Below are positions 34,103 through 45,265 of a stretch of 64,000 nt of DNA, piece after piece (the stretch's first letter is position 1; each line of letters begins with the position of its first letter). A program made the position numbers and the translations under genes. The notes under the pieces were generated by a model. The model had not been told where the DNA came from and searched no databases. It was given only the letters and a program-made list of their open reading frames with translations. This DNA is from Candidatus Bathyarchaeota archaeon (GTDB taxonomy: Archaea; Thermoproteota; Bathyarchaeia; Bathyarchaeales; DTEX01). The stretch covers positions 64,001-128,000 of the forward strand of contig CAVQNT010000003.1 of the NCBI GenBank assembly GCA_963714275.1, read 5' to 3'.

Positions 34103-35267
34103 ATGAATGAGATGATGCCATTGGGCTATGATATACACAACATACTCTTCTTTTTTGGTGCTGGAGCGTCGGCGCCATTCGGAATCCCAACCATGAAGCA
34201 ATTTGTGGACGATTTTGAACGGTTTCTGTCTGACAATAGTTCACGCGAAGAAATATCTTTCTATAAGAAAGTGAAAGATACTTTGAACAGTCAACTTAAT
34301 AGAGATATAGACTTAGAGGACGTTTTTACAGTTATTGACGGATATATCAATTTTAACTTTGAAAAACTAGGCGTATTGGCATTATACATTTTTTCTGAGC
34401 TTTCAAAACCAAGATCAAAATCTCCAGATTATATAGAGAAAGATTCTAAAATCTGCGAAAGTCTTAGAGATAAATATCGAAAATTCGTCAAGGATAAGTG
34501 TCTAATACCTGACCAATCCTTTGGAAAAATATCAAATGTTTACAAAGATTTTTTTAATAGATTATTTTTGGAATCTACATCCCCCCGATCTTATGTCGAT
34601 TACCAGAAAGGAGGTTATTGTTACAGTACGAATTGGACGATTTTCACAACAAATTATGATACATGCCTTGAGTATTACTTTCGTGAAGTAGCAGGAGTCT
34701 CATGTTAACACAGGATTCGTCCCCGATGTGGCATCCCAAAAATATGTAATGGATGCACTGACGCTGTTCAACGAACCTGCTGCAATAATAAGGCTCATCA
34801 AACTTCACGGTTCTGTAAACTGGCTTATTGATTCTGAAGGAACAGTATCAGAGGAGTCAGTTTTAGGTCAATCATTTTTCGGAAGGAAAATCGTAGGCGA
34901 GATGATGATATATCCAGTTCAGCAGAAGGACCTCTATCTAGAACCTTATATTTCCATGTACAAACTGTTGAACAATAAACTTTCGGAAAAATTAATTTGG
35001 ATCATTATCGGTTACTCATTCAATGACCCTATCATCCGTGAGATTTTCGTGAGGAACTCGCGTGCAGATAAAATTATGGTTTTCGTTCATCCTGACGCTC
35101 TAAGAATTGCTGTGGAAAGACTGAAGGGTCTCAAAAATGATGTACGACTATTGAATGAGTGGTTTGGGCAAGATGGGCATTACAGGAAGGTCAATTATGA
35201 CATAATAAGTAAACTTATCTCGAATCCGCGATTCGACGCGGAAGAAACACCTGTTTCTCAAAAATAA
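34103..35267 (+). CDS. Sir2-like (SIR2_2) protein; frameshift ~34698
   Basis: FFGAGASAPFGIP, FTTNYD, KLHGSVNW, IGYSFND. Confidence 0.88.
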
Positions 35268-35280
35268 ATATTCCATTTGC

Positions 35281-35318
35281 GTGTGTATTAAAATTAGTGA
35301 GCTAGCCCAAACCAAAAA
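35281..35318 (-). repeat. Dispersed element copy K (short, interrupted)
   Basis: Minus strand TTTTTGGTTTGGG-CTAGCTCA-CTAATTTTAAT-ACACAC. Confidence 0.5.
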
Positions 35319-35406
35319 GTAGAATCCTATCGCCTTGATTAATAGCGAGATTTTTTCTTATCTAGAAATTCATCCTTAAGTCGCTGAACATATACATCAT
35401 CACTAG

Positions 35407-36243
35407 TCAATAGCTTTCCTTCGGGGATAGCCCTTTTACTATGAAAGATGCTATTTCATGCCGTACAAGATAGCTTCGGACATTGTTTTTTCCTTTGCAT
35501 TGTTCATGCATCAAAAAATTGTTTAGTGCTATGTTCGAAATCCTCCTCAACCAACTATGACTTGGAAATATCGATATTTGATCGTTAGATATGAAAGCCA
35601 TTGACATCTTATCTGCAACTTGGCTAAGAGTAGGCAAAGTTCTAGCACCGTGAACATAATCGTTACGATAATTATAGTCTTGCTTCAACAACCTTTCAAA
35701 TAACAAATTGGTGTTCCCACGCTTTCCAAGGAATTCAATCTCACGGATCTCGTATTGTGTGAATCTATCAGTTGTAACGTAATTCATAACAAATCTTTTT
35801 AGATTTCTCCATTTTCCATTTCTGTAGAGAATATTTGAAATGCTTTCTAAAGAGAAAACGAGCAGGACAAACGCAATTGAGTAGTTGTTTTCCTTTGTGA
35901 TCAAAGACTCGTTAAATGTCTTAGAGCTATCAATGAAAGCATTGAAGAATGAGGAGTCAATGCAGAGAAGCTTGTTAAATTTTGATTCTACGGCAACTAT
36001 GTCTCTAAATGCACCATTTTCAATAGAAGCATTGAAAACTATATTAGTTCCATTTATTTTTCTACTAAGAATCCTCACTGCTTTGTTTGAAAGAAGAGAA
36101 ACAATATCGGCATATGTTTTAGCTTCAAATTCTTCATTTTCCAGAATAACATATTTAGCAAAGGCTTTGCTAATTCGAAATTCCGCAGATGATTCACTCT
36201 CAGAAGAAAACTTGCATTCTTCCAATTGGATAGAAATTGGCAT
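35407..36243 (-). CDS. Putative HEPN-domain protein
   Basis: Helical C-terminus with LVFSLES and RNDYVH (Rx4H). AT-rich. Confidence 0.55.
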   Translation of the reverse strand: MPISIQLEECKFSSESESSAEFRISKAFAKYVILENEEFEAKTYADIVSLLSNKAVRILSRKINGTNIVFNASIENGAFRDIVAVESKFNKLLCIDSSFFNAFIDSSKTFNESLITKENNYSIAFVLLVFSLESISNILYRNGKWRNLKRFVMNYVTTDRFTQYEIREIEFLGKRGNTNLLFERLLKQDYNYRNDYVHGARTLPTLSQVADKMSMAFISNDQISIFPSHSWLRRISNIALNNFLMHEQCKGKNNVRSYLVRHEIASFIVKGLSPKESY

Positions 36244-36337
36244 GATCGTAAATTATATTGACCTATTATTTATAGCATGGGAGATTGCTTAAGTCATAAA
36301 TCAGCAATTCTTGGAATCCATGTTTCACGTTCGCCTC

Positions 36338-36364
36338 TAAGGTAGGTAGGGTAGGTAGGTAGGT
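36338..36364 (+). repeat. (TAGG)n microsatellite
   Basis: TAAGGTAGGTAGGGTAGGTAGGTAGGT. Confidence 0.7.
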
Positions 36365-36626
36365 TGTCGTGGGCATCTCAGTACTTTCGCTTGCACTCTA
36401 AAACAGAAATCACCGCCATAACTTCACTAAATAGTTCTCTTTTTTTCCTTCAAATAGTGTTAACTAAGGGAGCGACAGCGAAGTGCACAGACAAAATAAC
36501 ATTTTATTTGGTAACTAACTAGGTAAACATCATTATTCTCTTAAGACGAGATATAATGATAAAGCTAAACTAACCCTGCGGATAATTTATAAACACTAAT
36601 AAATATTTTTTATATGGGTATGTTTT

Positions 36627-36905
36627 ATGAATTTAGAGGAATTGATAGGTAAACAAGTTGTAGATAGCCAAGCGCATATTCTTGGAAAAGTTTTTGGAAT
36701 CGAGTTTGATACGAGTACGTGGAAGATCATGGATATCTGCATAGATTTAGATAAAATGGTCGTAGAAATAATGGGGTTCCAGAAACCAAGGGTCATTGGG
36801 AGCGTTAAGGTCAGTATTCCTGTTGAAGAAGTCAATGCGATACACGATATTATAACATTGAAGAAAAACACGGTTGAGCTAAAAAGCATAGCTAAAAAAA
36901 TCTAA
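36627..36905 (+). CDS. PRC-barrel domain protein
   Basis: LIGKQVVDS..LGKV..IEFD..TWKI..IPVEEVNAIHDIITL. Confidence 0.85.
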   Translation: MNLEELIGKQVVDSQAHILGKVFGIEFDTSTWKIMDICIDLDKMVVEIMGFQKPRVIGSVKVSIPVEEVNAIHDIITLKKNTVELKSIAKKI

Positions 36906-36963
36906 GAATTAAATGTACTCCCAGTTAGCTACTAGATAGCCTCTTTTTTTCTTCTTATAATAT

Positions 36964-37095
36964 TAACTAGCTAATTGTGTGTGTTTTTGTTTGTTTGTTT
37001 GCGTAGAACGTCTGACAGACAGACGGTAGGCGTACGTGTGTGCGTAGCTCAGCTAGCGTCTAAGAGCCCAAAATTAGACTGTTCCCCAAACACAT
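36964..37095 (-). repeat. Dispersed element copy E
   Basis: Minus strand GTTTGGGGA..CTAATTTT, then microrepeats (GTCT)n, (CAAA)n and (CA)n, then TTAGCTAGTTA. Confidence 0.55.
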
Positions 37096-37184
37096 AGAAC
37101 TTCTAATTCATTTTTCTAGAATTTTCTTTCATATATTTTTTGAGATACAAGAGAAGAACAATCAAAAGAAGGATTTGAATCGGA

Positions 37185-37394
37185 ATGGAAGAACCATTTA
37201 TGGGAAAATATAAAATTGAGATGGTGAATGAATACAAAGTGTTACCTCCAATGGACGAGAAGGCAGTCGAAGCAACAATTAATTCCTACGCTATTGATGG
37301 TTGGAAAGTCTTCGTTTTTAGTCGCACTACAGATGGCGAATACTATGCTCTAATGTTTAGAGTAAAACAGAAAGAACTGAAACCTAAAGGTTAA
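37185..37394 (+). CDS. Small DUF4177-like protein
   Basis: EYKV..EATINSYAIDGWKV..MFR pattern. Confidence 0.55.
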   Translation: MEEPFMGKYKIEMVNEYKVLPPMDEKAVEATINSYAIDGWKVFVFSRTTDGEYYALMFRVKQKELKPKG

Positions 37395-38748
37395 TTAATT
37401 GTGAAAAAATTTCTCTGCTAGCTTTATACCTATTGCCAAAGCTGATGTCAAGATAGACGTAAGGACCAACATGCCAGAAGAAGCCATCATTAATTGAGAG
37501 GCATTCGTAAATTCACTTAAACCCATCAATACTAAACTTACAAGTAAAGGAATTATTAGAACTACATATGTACATCTTTTTACGTTTCCCAGAATACGGA
37601 CATGCTTATCTAGTAAAGCAATGAGAAACATCATCGGAAGAGAAAAATAAAAGGCTCCTATGAGGAAGCTTGTAGTTAAAATTGCCATGACCACGCTAAA
37701 CTCCGAGCTGAATGTAAGAAAGTTTTGTACTGAAAATGATATACGCATAATACCCATCAAAGGGTAAAGAAAGCCTTTCACAGCCAACTTTGCTGCTTGG
37801 TCTTTCGCAATATAATGTGCTACGCTAGGACTGAATGAATAATACCAAACGTTAAATATTTCTGTAAATTGACTGCCAACAAATGTTGATTTAACTTGAT
37901 TGTCTCTGAATTCTCTTATGAATTGCACTTCTCCTTGTAGCTCTGATTTGATGGTAGCCATGGAAACTAAACAATCTATTAATTCTGAACCGTTTTCCTG
38001 CACCTCTAACAAATACAATCCCGTTTCTAAGCTTACTAACCATAAAATCGACATACTTATAATCGTCCGGAGTCCATCCCAAAGGATTTCTGTCTCCCGT
38101 AGCCTCCACCCAGATCCATCCTGCACCTCTACCATCATCTATGTCCCAGTAAACGTTAGCATTGGGGTATTCAGGGAGATATATTAAAAGGGCAGCGTGA
38201 TCAATCGCATCAACAATCGTCACATCGTAGCCTGCAGCAGAATACATCGCCGTGAGAATGAATGCAAAATCTTCACAGTCCCCATAAGCAACCTCCTGGT
38301 TGTTATAAGCCAGATCGATCATATGAGCCATTTCGTCAGGATTCCAGGCCCATTCTTCTTCTATCTCATTATTAGTAACTGCGAGAACATAGGGGTTTTC
38401 TTCATCATATTTGTATTTTACCATAGATTGTACGAACTTCATTATTTTCTCTGCCCTGGTAACTTGATCAGGATATTCAGTTAGAAACCATCTGCCGTAC
38501 TGATAAGCAAGCTCTCTGTTTTGTCCTAGACTCTCAAAGACTACAGCAGGTAAGTAACCATCATCCCCTGTTGCAGAGTTTCTGTTAATATCCCAGCTAT
38601 CGTACCAATAATATCCTTTTTTAGTAAAGCCTTCACTTTGATCAGCAATCGTACTTTGCACAGGATACAAGAGTATAAGAATCGAACTAATCAAAAGTGG
38701 CAAAGACTTACTTTTCAATTCTCTATTTTCCTCATAGTGGTATAGCAA
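37395..38748 (-). CDS. Exported transglutaminase-like protein with C-terminal CFI-box-CTERM domain and TM helices; frameshift ~38031
   Basis: Signal-like N-terminus, GDCEDFA / DHAA / WVEAT. Corrected junction MVSKLETGLY leads into CLVSMATIKSEL..VQFIREFRDN..WYYSFSP. Confidence 0.78.
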
Positions 38749-39202
38749 GGCTGGAATTGATTACTAATCCCATAAAAACTTCGTAGCAGAAAATGAATAT
38801 ACCAACAGCTTTTGGCGACTTGTTTATGTTGTCAAGATCTATCCCTTTAGGTTTCACCTTGGCAAAAATATAGTAAAAAAGCCAACCAAAAAAGAGACTT
38901 ACAAACACGCTTATGATTACAATAAGAAACCTTTGAAAGTTAAAGAATCCCGTATACAATACTGTTTGACTTAGGAAAATAGGGTTCAGAGAAGTTCCAT
39001 GGATTACTAGTCCAACAAAAACGAGGAAGCCACCTACAAAGAGAGCAGTAGCATCTGGATCTTTTCTAATAATTGAGAACTCTTTTATGTCTATAGTTAT
39101 TCGGTCAAGAGCAGCTATTCCAAAGAAGCCAATTATCACACAGAACGAACTTGACAGAAGCACCCTTAAATACCACAAAAACATACCCGTTAAGAACGAC
39201 AA
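38732..39202 (-). CDS. DUF350-like four-TM membrane protein
   Basis: Two repeated hairpins (LDRITIDIKEF..ATALF / KVKPKGIDL..AVGIF). Overlaps the transglutaminase gene. Confidence 0.6.
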   Translation of the reverse strand: MSFLTGMFLWYLRVLLSSSFCVIIGFFGIAALDRITIDIKEFSIIRKDPDATALFVGGFLVFVGLVIHGTSLNPIFLSQTVLYTGFFNFQRFLIVIISVFVSLFFGWLFYYIFAKVKPKGIDLDNINKSPKAVGIFIFCYEVFMGLVINSSLAIPL

Positions 39203-39460
39203 TATATCTACCTCATTGATGCTCTTAATATTTTTTCTAGCTATGAATTTATATTTTTCCCAATTTTATAATAAATAAATTTTGCTTTGTATGTAGTTGA
39301 ATTTTTTGAAGCAATTTATGTTTGAATCAGCTGTAGTTTTGAGCACGATCTCTTTAAAGAAGGCTATTGCTGAATCACATATTGACAGTAGGAATTCCGA
39401 TTTCTTCGCTACTACAGCTGGAATAGATTGGGTTGAGTGTTATAGCACAAATTGTCAATG

Positions 39461-39790
39461 TTATGAGGAAGCTTTCTTTATAGATTCTTTTAAACCTTCA
39501 ACAGTCTTGTTAAGGACGATAACATCACCGATTGTCTCTACAGTGTCTACTGGAAGGAGAACTTCCATATGTTTCAGGCCAGGAGCCAACTTTAGTGTTA
39601 ATCCGAAAGGCTGTAACATTTTGTCAGACAATGCTATTACTAGGTGGATTACTTTCCAAGTTGAAGTGTCTATTTCAATGGCTGATACTGAGCCCAAATG
39701 TCTACCTTCCTTTGATATAACGTTCTTCGAATTTAAATCGTTTGGACGCAATCCTGCAACACCCCGTTGATGAACGATTATGATTCTCAA
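39461..39790 (-). CDS. PRC-barrel domain protein
   Basis: KNVISKEGRHLGSV..IEIDTSTWKV..LPVDTVETIGDVIVL. Confidence 0.85.
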   Translation of the reverse strand: MRIIIVHQRGVAGLRPNDLNSKNVISKEGRHLGSVSAIEIDTSTWKVIHLVIALSDKMLQPFGLTLKLAPGLKHMEVLLPVDTVETIGDVIVLNKTVEGLKESIKKASS

Positions 39791-39995
39791 TAATAAATCT
39801 TTTATGATTCATTATTTTTTCTGTTAGGTTTACTGTGGTTATGGCTAGCTGATATTTTTTAGCGACTGGATAGAATTGACAGATTCTAGTGACTATCTGC
39901 TCAGGTTGGCAATTCTCTACTTATCCTTTCCCAAATTTTGCTTGATTCCTATGAGCTATTTATAGCACACTGCAATATTCCATATTGGTGTCATT

Positions 39996-41679
39996 ATGAC
40001 GCAGTCATCAACAACCAAGCCTTCATTTCTTTCAGTGCAACCTGTCTCAAGGAAGGTTGGGCTTTATGAAAAATTCGAGCTTCGAATCGACTTGAACGCA
40101 ACATATGCCAATCCTTTCAATCCTGAAGAGATTGACTTACAAGCTGAGTTCACATCCCCCACTGGCAAAGAATGGAAGATATGGGGCTTCTATAACCATT
40201 CAAGCTGGTCTCATCTTTGGATGGTTCGTTTCGCGCCGACGGAGAAAGGGGTCTGGAAATATATCGTGAAAGTAAAAGACATAGAGGGCACAGCTCAAAG
40301 CCAAGCTGACACCTTCGAGGTGATTGACTCGTTGCATCATGGTTTCATCAGGATCTCGCCGAATAAGCGCTATCTGATGTATGATGATGGCACATCCTTC
40401 TATGGTGTTGGACTATGGTACAACGATGGTTATGACCTGTTCAACGAGGGACACATTACAGCAGATGGACTTGATGAGCTTAAACGTCGAGGTGCTAATT
40501 TCATCAGCTTCTTTCACACGCCTCTTGAGACTATGGGCACCGGTTTGGGTCGTTATGACCAGAATCGGTGTGGTCGACTTGACCAACTCTTTGAATGGTG
40601 TGAGAAGCGTAATATCCACATATCCTGGAACATGTGGTTTCACTCGCATCTTTCCCAGGCTGTTTGGGGTCCTGGTGGAGCACTATACAGACACAATCCC
40701 TTTCATCTTGTAGCTGATGCTGTTGACTTCTTCGGTAGTAAAGAAGCCTGGAAGTTTCAAGAAAAAATCTGCCGTTACATAATCGCTCGTTGGGGGTATA
40801 GCCATGCATTGTTCCTATGGTTCATCATCGATGAAATTAATGGCACCGAAGGATGGCAGGATGGCGATAAAGATGTCGCCGAAAAGTGGTGTAGAAAGAT
40901 GGACGCCTTTTTCAATGAGCATGATCCCTACGGACGCCCTACCACAGGCACCCAAAGTGGGGGCATCGACGAATGGTGGCCAGGTGGATACAAAATCTTC
41001 GATATTGCAGCTCGCGAAATATATGAAGCGCAGGGACATCCTATGCCAAAGACAGGTAAAATCGACTGTGCCATTGAAAGCCCACTGCAATATAGCCTAT
41101 CGCAACTACTCTACCCAGATCCATAATCTGTGGAAAGGCTTCAACAAACCCGCCATTATCGGTGAGTGTGGCTGGGACCATACATATTATGAACCGGGAA
41201 CGCCAGGATATCTGGCAATGTATCACAATGCCTTATGGGTCAGCCTGACAAATGGTTTATGCTGTACACCATTCTGGTGGGCTTACTCAGATTGGATCAA
41301 CGATAGTGTTGTTACCAATCAAATGCACCACTTAGCAAACTTCGTTTCAGACATCGATTTCGCTCACCATAACCTTAAACCCGCTGAGATCAAGGCAGGT
41401 GACTGCGATGCATGGTGTATGAAGAACGACAAAATTATCTTCGGCTGGGTTGTTAATCCGCGTACCAGTGTTGCCAAAGAATCCTTCACGATCTCGGGGT
41501 TAAAAGATGGGAACTATGAAGTACATATCTATCACACATGGCGAGGTCAATACTTGAATGCGAACACACTTCAGTGTCAAGATGGAAAGCTCACCATCAT
41601 GATTCCAGAATTACAGAGAAGCCAGGACCACGCTTCACACATCGGAAATGACATCGCTTTCAAAATCGTTAGAAAATAA
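39996..41679 (+). CDS. DUF5060-domain clan GH-A glycoside hydrolase; frameshift ~41096
   Basis: NPFNPEE, WMVRFAP..GVW, YIIARWGYS, IDEI, KPAIIGECG. Confidence 0.78.
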
Positions 41680-41814
41680 TACCTAAAAAACACATGGAAT
41701 CGCCTTTTCACCTATTCTTCGCTAGCTGACTAATATATCAAAAATAGAAAACGAAAAAAAATAAAATGAATCTTCATCAGCATGCAGTTTGCTGATAACT
41801 AGCGTATACTGCGT

Positions 41815-41970
41815 CTAGTATCTTCTTCTACCAAAACTTGACCTTGGGGGTCTTCTCTTGGCAAAGCACTCTTGGCAGTATACTGGTCTTGTGCCGTCGG
41901 GTTTGAAGGGAACTTCGCATTCTTTACCACAATCGGCGCAAACTGCTTTGTGCATTTCACGACTTTCCAT
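41815..41970 (-). CDS. CxxC-x17-CxxC domain protein (51 aa, absent from the ORF track)
   Basis: MESREMHKAVCADCGKECEVPFKPDGTRPVYCQECFAKRRPPRSSFGRRRY. GGAGTGA upstream. Confidence 0.92.
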   Translation of the reverse strand: MESREMHKAVCADCGKECEVPFKPDGTRPVYCQECFAKRRPPRSSFGRRRY

Positions 41971-42502
41971 GCTCTTTTCACTCCTATGCATTTTGTCTGC
42001 AAGAATAAAGTCTAGTTCTAGAAGCTTTGCTTCCTGCGCAATCTCAGAGAGACGTTTCCCTCTCTATTAAACTTATCCATGACGAAGTTAGAAAACTTAA
42101 TATGGTTAGCTGAAAACTTACGAATTGTGGATACAATGGCAAGGAATTTTAGCTGAAGCTATCTAGCCATGCCAGCCAAACAGCACTTAAGACCGTTTTA
42201 AGCCTAATTCGCTTTCGCAGGCTAAGCTGACTTTTCTCCTTACTAGATCTAGAGTAAATTCTCTTATTCTTTAGACTCTTCGTTAACCAACTTTTCTGCT
42301 TCCATCTTTTAAGAGCCCTTTCCTTTCTTTTTCTTTCCTTTGCTACTTTCTTCATTTTTCTTTTCTCTTTTGTTTTTTTATATTTCTTAGTGGTTCTCGC
42401 TTGATTAAAATTTGTTCTCTTCCATCTATCCTAACAAACCTACTTAACTCTTTAGCATCCAAGATCATCATGAGAAGGAAAAATGTGGGATGCAATCTTC
42501 TG

Positions 42503-42612
42503 TGTGTTTTTTAGAGAGAGTGTATGTATGTGAGTGAATGAGAGAAGGAAAGCAAAAGCATATAAGTGAAATAGTGTGTGACGGGGATTAAATTTTAATC
42601 TTTTTCTTCTTC
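42503..42612 (+). repeat. Dispersed element copy F; direct repeat of 33827-33937
   Basis: Shares GTGAGTGAATGAGAGAAGGAAAGCAA..TATAAGTGAA..GGGGATTAAAWTTTAATCTTT. Confidence 0.85.
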
Positions 42613-43061
42613 GCTGAAAGTGAAAGAATTGACTGGAAGACAAGCCATTATACAACGCAATATCCAAAATGTTAAGTCAAAACTTTTTTCACAGATAATG
42701 CTACCGTAAGCCAATTTGGTGCCGGGCCTGTGGATACTAAGGCTCAATAAAAGATTCGCCGAAAAGGAAGCAGACTAGAACGCCTAGAATGTGTTAATTC
42801 TTCATAAATTGTTTAAGCGCTAAGAAACGATTTTAGGGCATATCTTAATCTAAGAAACGCGGAAAATCATCGAGTTGTTCAGAAAAAAAAGACGCAAAGA
42901 CGAGATAGATCTAGCTGCCGAAACAGTGTTTCAGATTTTGAAGACTGGAGCAAAAAATGTAGAGAAACAGAAGGGAAAAAACCATTGAGGAACCTCAATG
43001 GGAGAAGCATGAATCCGAAGAAATCACTAAAGAAAAAACAACTATACTACCTTCAAATGAA

Positions 43062-43505
43062 GTGTTAAAGTTTCTTAATCCAATTGATAGAGATCTTGAA
43101 GAGATCGAGAATACTCTAGTAAAGATCCATCCCAAAATTGAATCGATCTCTAAGCTTCTACCAACACTGGACCCGTTGAAGGAACTACTACAACATAATA
43201 TTGCAGAAAATATAAAGGAACTGAAGAAAAAGACTGCTTTTTTACTAGAGCTAAAAAAACAAGAGGAAGATAAAAATCAAGAGCTTCAAAAAATGCAGCA
43301 GATTAAGGAAAATCTGGAAAAAGAGATAAATCAGATGGAAGATGCATTGGTACAAGTACGCAATAAGATACCCGAGATTACTGCCGAAAAAGAAAGAATC
43401 GAGGGCGATGTAACCCAGCGAGAAGAAAATCTTCGTTTGGTTGAAGAACACATTAGACGTATTCTAAATCTTCAGAAAGCCAGCTCAACGCCCCCCACTC
43501 ACTGA
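43062..43505 (+). CDS. Coiled-coil hypothetical protein (true start probably further upstream)
   Basis: E/K/Q-rich heptads. Frame stays open upstream of the GTG. Confidence 0.6.
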   Translation: MLKFLNPIDRDLEEIENTLVKIHPKIESISKLLPTLDPLKELLQHNIAENIKELKKKTAFLLELKKQEEDKNQELQKMQQIKENLEKEINQMEDALVQVRNKIPEITAEKERIEGDVTQREENLRLVEEHIRRILNLQKASSTPPTH

Positions 43506-43601
43506 AGCCAGCTAATGTCACTGCAGTGACCTGAAACTCGTATTTTTCTTTAAATACTTAACATATTTTGGAATTCGGTTTCTGTTTGTATAACATGCGC
43601 T

Positions 43602-44252
43602 CTAAGTATTGAAGAACAAGTAACTGAGGTATCGATGGTACTTTTTTATTCTCGGAAAAAACATAGGCACTTTTTCAGCATAGTCCTGATATTCTTTCCC
43701 AAACTCCTTTGTTAACTCGTTCTCTTCTTTCTTTGAAATGAGAAAAATTAACAGAATCATCAATGGAGTGGAAAGTAGAGAGTACCACGCAGAAAATAAA
43801 AAAGTGATTCCCACATGAGCTAGTAAACCTCCAAGATATTGCGGATGCCTAACTAAAGAATAAACACCCGAGGTAACGATTTTGTCCGCTCGATGGGTTT
43901 CAGCCACTTTTAAAGTGGTTCCTTTTACACCTGCAACTCCGAACCAAGCACCTGACAAAAACAAAGGAACAAAGACTATCAAGTGAACTATTGGAATCGA
44001 ATAGTTGATAAACGGAAAAACCACAGACAAATTTAAGAGGAGGGAGATAACAAACCTTGGTTGCGGAGAAACCCAGAGTCCAGCCCAAAAGACGAAGAAC
44101 CCCCAACCAGAAAGGAAACTGTAAATCCCGCCAATTTGTCTCCCTCTGTCTTGCCCATATTTCTCTTCAAGTTTAAGATGCTCCACTGATAAAAAATGAA
44201 GTGGTATCACAGCAATTATGCCAACCACGCAAATGAAGAAGAAAATGTACAT
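43602..44252 (-). CDS. Isoprenylcysteine carboxyl methyltransferase (ICMT/Ste14/PEMT) family membrane protein
   Basis: TSGVYSLVRHPQYLG, EENELTKEFGKEYQDY..VPMFFP. Confidence 0.9.
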   Translation of the reverse strand: MYIFFFICVVGIIAVIPLHFLSVEHLKLEEKYGQDRGRQIGGIYSFLSGWGFFVFWAGLWVSPQPRFVISLLLNLSVVFPFINYSIPIVHLIVFVPLFLSGAWFGVAGVKGTTLKVAETHRADKIVTSGVYSLVRHPQYLGGLLAHVGITFLFSAWYSLLSTPLMILLIFLISKKEENELTKEFGKEYQDYAEKVPMFFPRIKKYHRYLSYLFFNT

Positions 44253-44323
44253 TCTGCTATCATAGAATCAATAAAGGCTAACGAAATAAATCATTTCTTA
44301 TGGATACGTTGCCGACACAGGCG

Positions 44324-45265
44324 TCACTGCGTATTCCATTCTTGCTTTCTTCCGCAATTCGGACAGTATAAAGCATCTCCAGGCATCCTTTGTCCACAGC
44401 AGATACAGAATTTCAGCTGCCATTTCTGAATCTGAACACGCCTTCTTTGAAGAACGGTTTGAACGAAAAGACCGATTGCTACGAATGTACAGATTCCTAA
44501 CATGACCTCTCTGAGAAATATGCCGGTCTCTACCGAAATGGCTACTGTGAGGAAGCCTGTGGCATCATACACACCGTGAATCAGCGTAGGTATTAGAAGA
44601 TTTCCGCCTGAAAGATAATACGTCACCGCCATAGCCATTCCAAAGGCAACCAGATTAGTGAACAAGACCAAAGAAGCTACACCGTAAACGAGTCCGTAAT
44701 AGAGATGCACAGCAGCGAAAAGCACCGACGAAGCAAACGCAAGAACCAACCAGTGACGATTCTTAAAAATTGCCAACATACCGCCAAAAACGAAACCTCT
44801 AAAAAGATACTCTTCAACTGGCCCTACAACTAAAAAGGACACTAATACCATGGTCCAAGCTGCCTCAGGCGGTATCTGCAGCAACGGATTGGGTCTGTTC
44901 AGAAGATCAATTGCCGCTGGATCAAGCGCTAAAAAAGCGATTAGAATTACAACCGTAACGATTATAGCTAAATCCATGAAAACTCCGAACATGCCTAACC
45001 CAAACTTGAGAGCGGAAAAAACGTGGTTGTTGGCACGTCGAATTATGGACTTTCCCCAAAGCAAGCTTACGGTTATAACGGGTATTCCATAAACCACGAT
45101 TATCTGCGCGATGGCGCCAAGATCCCCGATAATATACTGGGAGAAAATTGAGAAGCAAATGACAATTAGCCCGATAAGATATGACCATTTTGTAATCGGC
45201 TTTTCCAAGGTTTCGTTCTTTCTCAAAACAGAACCGTCTTTTGCTAGCATTAGTCCAATTCTCAC
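44324..45265 (-). CDS. CPBP (Abi/Rce1-like) intramembrane glutamic protease with C-terminal zinc ribbon
   Basis: EEYLFRG, FAAVH, HGVYD motifs. C-terminal CICCG...YCPNCG. Confidence 0.9.
   Translation of the reverse strand: MRIGLMLAKDGSVLRKNETLEKPITKWSYLIGLIVICFSIFSQYIIGDLGAIAQIIVVYGIPVITVSLLWGKSIIRRANNHVFSALKFGLGMFGVFMDLAIIVTVVILIAFLALDPAAIDLLNRPNPLLQIPPEAAWTMVLVSFLVVGPVEEYLFRGFVFGGMLAIFKNRHWLVLAFASSVLFAAVHLYYGLVYGVASLVLFTNLVAFGMAMAVTYYLSGGNLLIPTLIHGVYDATGFLTVAISVETGIFLREVMLGICTFVAIGLFVQTVLQRRRVQIQKWQLKFCICCGQRMPGDALYCPNCGRKQEWNTQ

Noticed and set aside
4395-35267. Sir2-HerA defence system
   Set aside because: The two genes are about 28 kb apart and HerA is coupled to NurA.
33818-42612. CRISPR array or integron attC array
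   Set aside because: No regular repeat-spacer period, no cas or intI gene, and no RYYYAAC/GTTRRRY boxes in consistent orientation.
42716-42745. TGGTGCCGGG as the reverse complement of a tRNA 3' end or att site
   Set aside because: No T-loop (GTTCRA) or cloverleaf can be built, and the match is too short.
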